A program made the position numbers and the translations under genes. The notes below the pieces were generated by a model. It was not told the origin of the DNA and made no database searches. It saw nothing but the letters and a program-made list of their open reading frames with translations. This document shows, piece by piece, positions 60,031 to 64,000 of a stretch of 64,000 bases of DNA (within the stretch, counting starts at the first letter, position 1; each line of letters opens with the position of its first letter). The stretch comes from Podarcis filfolensis (Eukaryota), in assembly GCA_964270895.1 (NCBI GenBank), contig OZ185436.1; one strand, given 5' to 3'.

Positions 60031-62339
60031 TAAAAAAAAACCCCTATCTCAAGCCTACAAGTGAGCACATGACTTTGGTGCCCACATTCCGCATATTGTT
60101 GCGCCATGTCATCTTAACCCATGAAGCCACACAACCCAGGCAATGAATTTACTATGCTGGATATGTGGCTTCCCTCTGATAATTCTCTGTGGAAAACTAT
60201 TCTCCTGCATCTGAGATTGTGACTAATTGGTTGCTCTCGTTAAGGCAACTGAATTATTATACCTTTCTCACAGAACAGTATATTATGATTAAAGGAGCTG
60301 ATCAAAGGTGTGGGCTCCCTCAATATTCACCTTCATTATCTTAATATCTCTGTGAAATAGACCACTAATGATCTATATTGCCATAAAATTCCAGGCATGG
60401 TGCATGTGGGTCAATGATTTCGATTGTGCCCCCACTAGAGAATTCAGGGGTGAATTGACAGAATCTGGAAAAAGTCAAATCCTTTGCTTTTGAAGGCTAG
60501 GACTAGATAGATATTCAAATAAAGATATGCAAAGGTACGACTTTGCCAGAAGTACACAGTTCCCATCTTGCCAAATGCCCAGCAGGCGCAGCTATCTTTC
60601 ATCCTTGAAAGATAGTTTCACTTTCCAGGTGCACCTGCCAAAATTGCCACTGTTGGAGGGCATCGTTTCTGCTGGGGAAAGTATTTCCTTCAGGGCCCAG
60701 AGTGGGCATATGAGATACAAGCACATGCAAAATAAAGAGAAGAAAAAGTGTTAAGTTTCAAAATGGGCTTTAATAGACCTGACTAGACAGCAAAGAAGCC
60801 TGAGGCTCCAGAAAGACATAGCACCGTGAAGCTCTTCACACAGCTTTCTGCTGGCTTTGCAGCTGGCAGGACAGGCACACACCCCTGGGTGACTTCAAAT
60901 GCTGCCACTGTCAAAGGCACCTACTGAATGAATGGGCTCTTGACACAGTTCCCTGTGGCTCCTGAAGCATCATTTAGAACTGTTTTAAACATTTAAAAGA
61001 TAGAATCCACCCAAGACCTTTGAATAGGAACTAGACATTCAGTGTTGCTCATTTGCTCTGTATTTTACAATTTTTTAATTTTCGTGTTTTAAAGTCATTC
61101 CATTGTTTTTACCCATGTTGCTGTAACCCATACTGCAACCCAAGTTACTGTGACCGTACATCACTATGAGTTTTATGAGTTGGTGGTATGTAAATGCCTG
61201 TGGTTGTCTAACTGCCCTGTGAACAAATCAGTAAAGACCAGGCACCATCTAATCACAGCGTAAGTTTTTTTTTGCAATCCGATCAGGATTAATGCTGAAT
61301 AAAGAGCTCTGAAAGAACCGCTAGTAAGGCTGTTCATATGTGACACTCTGTGCTTGTTACAGCCTCTGCACATTTAAACACACACAGCGGGCACATATTA
61401 GCTCTTGTAGATGACACTAATAGTAACAACTGACCCTACAATAGGCTTCCCCTGCCAAGCTTGACACCTACGTGGTCATCACTCAATAGAGGTGACAGAG
61501 CCAGCGGAATTAAGAGCTTCTTTATAGAGCAGAGTGGCAACTGAGAAAGATAGCAAAACTAATCTGATAGGGAGTAGATTCATCTTGGAGAGTTAGAGGA
61601 AGCTGAGGTGGCTGAAACAAAAGCTTTCCATCAGAGGAGTTTCATTTCCAGGCGGCTCTCCTGAGGGCTTGTAACACAGGAAGGAGTCAGCCATGCAGAG
61701 TTAGGTAGATAAGTGAGCAACAAGGAACCTCAACATGACAACAGAGGTGTTACTCAAAATGCAGCAAAATGCCAAAAAGAGTCTGCTGGTATTTGAACTA
61801 GCAATGGCAGAATGACCCCAGGAGGTAAGCAGCAAATCTCTAGCAAACTCTTTTGTATTATATAGATATAGCTGTACTAGGAAGCAGAAGAAACTAGACC
61901 AGCTGCAGTTTTAGGCTTCAGTTCTATTCCCACTGATGTAGGAGAAAGCTCCACTGAAATCAGTGGGACTTACTTCTGAGTAGAGACATCTGGGATCAAG
62001 CCGTGTTGCTGATGAAGTTGAAACGTAACAGGCTGAAAATGTGAATTTTCCCAGTTTGCAAATAACTTGATTGTATTGTGAATCATGCTTCCCTGCCCTG
62101 AAATTCTGGTCCTGTTCAGAATAAAAGTTGAGGCACATTATGAGCGCCTGTGCCAATTCTGAACTCAATTGGTCTGCATTCAACAGACCTGTTCGCAAGG
62201 CTGGTAAGCTACAGTTAGCACAGGCTCAGAAATCTGTTGTTTTAACCTCTTATTTGGATGCTTGCAAATTGGAGGTTTATTGTAACATTGATACTGCTCA
62301 CGCCGAGTTTTCCAAGCTTTCCAAGCTGTCCACAGCTGA

Positions 62340-62650
62340 CTTGATCATGGAAGAGAGAAGGCCTTCCTGGCCAGTCTCAGTTCTTGGACATGATGGTATT
62401 GGAAGAGGTACTTTTTCAAGCAGCTGAGCCCCAAGCTCAGGGCTTTGTACACTTAGCACCTTGAATTGGGCATGGTGAGAAATAGGCAACCAATGTAATG
62501 GCCTCGGAAGCCATGTTATGTGCTCCCAAGGTGACAATATAATTGTCTACACTATGGTCTTTTACTCCAGCTGCAGTCTCCAAACTGTCTTCATGGGTAG
62601 CCCATGTAGGATGCATTGCAATAGACAAATATTCAATTACGTAAAGATGA
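62340..62650 (-). pseudogene. L2 LINE ORF2 C-terminal relic
   Basis: Minus-strand translation YCNASYMG.PMKTVWRLQL..EHITWLPRPLHWLP..AQFKVL resembles the L2 motif DYCNALY.GLP..HITP.L..LHWLP...QFKVL. Confidence 0.75.
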
Positions 62651-63493
62651 CCCATTATACATCTGCAGTTACCACTGCAGTTTTTGTGTGTATGCATTTT
62701 GTCATTTTTGTGGTGATGTTTCAGTGAGTGGTCCCTCTCATCACATACCTACTTGCATTTGATCCTCACCTGAGCAAAATCTAGCTATTGTTTCTGGCAG
62801 CCCATACTGTACAAGCCTACTGCCACCATTTTGGCTGCAGGCAGAAGGCACCTTGGAATTTCAAGAATGCAGTTGAGAGGAGCTATTTTCTCAAAGTCTC
62901 AACACACCTGGGGGGTTTCTTTGGAGACTGTAATTGCAGCACATACATCAGGACTTTTTGAAAAATAGTAGTAATATAGAGGTCTTTGCACAACAGCTCT
63001 ATGCTACACTAAAAAAAAACCAAACCCTCACACAAATGGAAATGAATGTGTCCCCCACGCCCCACCCAACGTCAAAAGAAAAGACAAGTCACAGTTTTTT
63101 TCTATAGTAAAACATGATAACTAGGGGCTGGTAACATTTGCTCTTGTGACAACTTTTGTTACAAGGTGTACACATATGGAAATAGTTGTGTGCATGTCCA
63201 GAATGAGGAAAAAATAGTGAATGACTGAGGGGAGGAGCTAGAAAATGCAGTGCAGAAACATTCTGTTAAGGTCTGCCCTCTGGTGTGGGCAGAAAGCAGT
63301 GGAATGCTGGGAACTGACATTTTTGTGGAAAGCTCTGAGTTAAGCAACTGCTAAGACAGTTTCAATAGGAGCTCTCCATCACAGGGTGCTCCTCCACATC
63401 CTTTCAAGCGAAAATATAAATCTGAATTTTGGAGCCCTACCAATGAGTTTCTAGACGCTGTCTTGTGGATACCCTGTACTTGGAGAACAGGTA

Positions 63494-63675
63494 CACAGGA
63501 ATCTGCCCTATCCAGAGTCTGGCCATTGGTTCATCTAACTCAATATTGTATACACTGACTGGCAGAAGCTCTTCAGAGTTACGGAAAGGGGTGTCTCTCA
63601 GCCCTACCTGGAGATGAAGAGAATTGAACCTGGAAACCTCTGCCTGCAAAGCAGATGCTCTGTCACTGAGCTGCA
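63494..63675 (-). mobile_element. Squamate tRNA-derived SINE
   Basis: CCATTGGTTCATCTAACTCAATATTGTATACACTGACTGGCAG..CCCTACCTGGAGAT..TTGAACCTGG..GCAAAGCAGATGCTCTGTCACTGAGCT. Confidence 0.8.
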
Positions 63676-64000
63676 AGTGGTGAACTACATGCAATTAGAA
63701 TATAGCTACAATATTTGGCACTGTTTAAACAGTGCATAAAAACACCTAGTTAGAAAGCTTTTCCAAAAACGATCTTTTACAAAACCTTAATCTGGAGGCA
63801 AATTTCATTTGGCATGTTTTCTTTTAACACAGCAAAACAAGCCATTCTAATCGGACAGCAGCTTTATTTATTATTTAATTAGTGACACTGTAATCATATT
63901 ATATCCTGTTAATTAGATTGTACTGTACATCAGCAACGAAGCCCACATGGCTGTGCCCATTCTGTTTGTTTCAGGCTTTTGGCTTATGTCGGAAGCAAAA

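Noticed and set aside
61998-62036. Second hammerhead-like motif (CTGATGA-AGTT-GAAA-CG-TA)
   Set aside because: There is no stem II (only 4 nt) and stem I does not close next to the core. At best it is a decayed remnant and could be chance.
96-63694. The remaining 60-150-aa ORFs in the supplied track
   Set aside because: They are random-length frames, many with non-ATG starts or microsatellite-derived homopolymer runs, and none resembles a protein family I know.

Overview
Vertebrate nuclear DNA, almost certainly from a squamate and most likely a lacertid lizard, inferred from three Sauria SINEs with (ACCTTT)n tails and a lacertid-type MITE landscape. It reads as a large intron or gene desert. 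I could not recognise any host protein-coding gene, rRNA, true tRNA or CRISPR array. The only long ORF (27693-29999, minus) is the RT/CCHC part of a 5'-truncated L1-clade LINE with a target-site duplication (TSD). The rest is transposon debris (L1, RTE, CR1, L2, Penelope-like, tRNA-derived SINEs, Tc1/mariner-, hAT- and Harbinger-like MITEs), microsatellites, and several repeat-free blocks that look like regulatory elements. The most notable observations are: (1) a 171-bp fold-back Penelope-like insertion carrying a complete minimal hammerhead ribozyme core; (2) an RTE insertion whose 5' part is an inverted endonuclease-domain fragment inside one TSD (twin-priming-like); (3) a CpG-rich array of consecutive hairpins inside a one-ended mariner-like element; (4) several nested insertions; (5) a possible 40-codon alternative first exon on the minus strand. 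Family names come from recalled consensus features, not database searches, and the boundaries of old elements are approximate.
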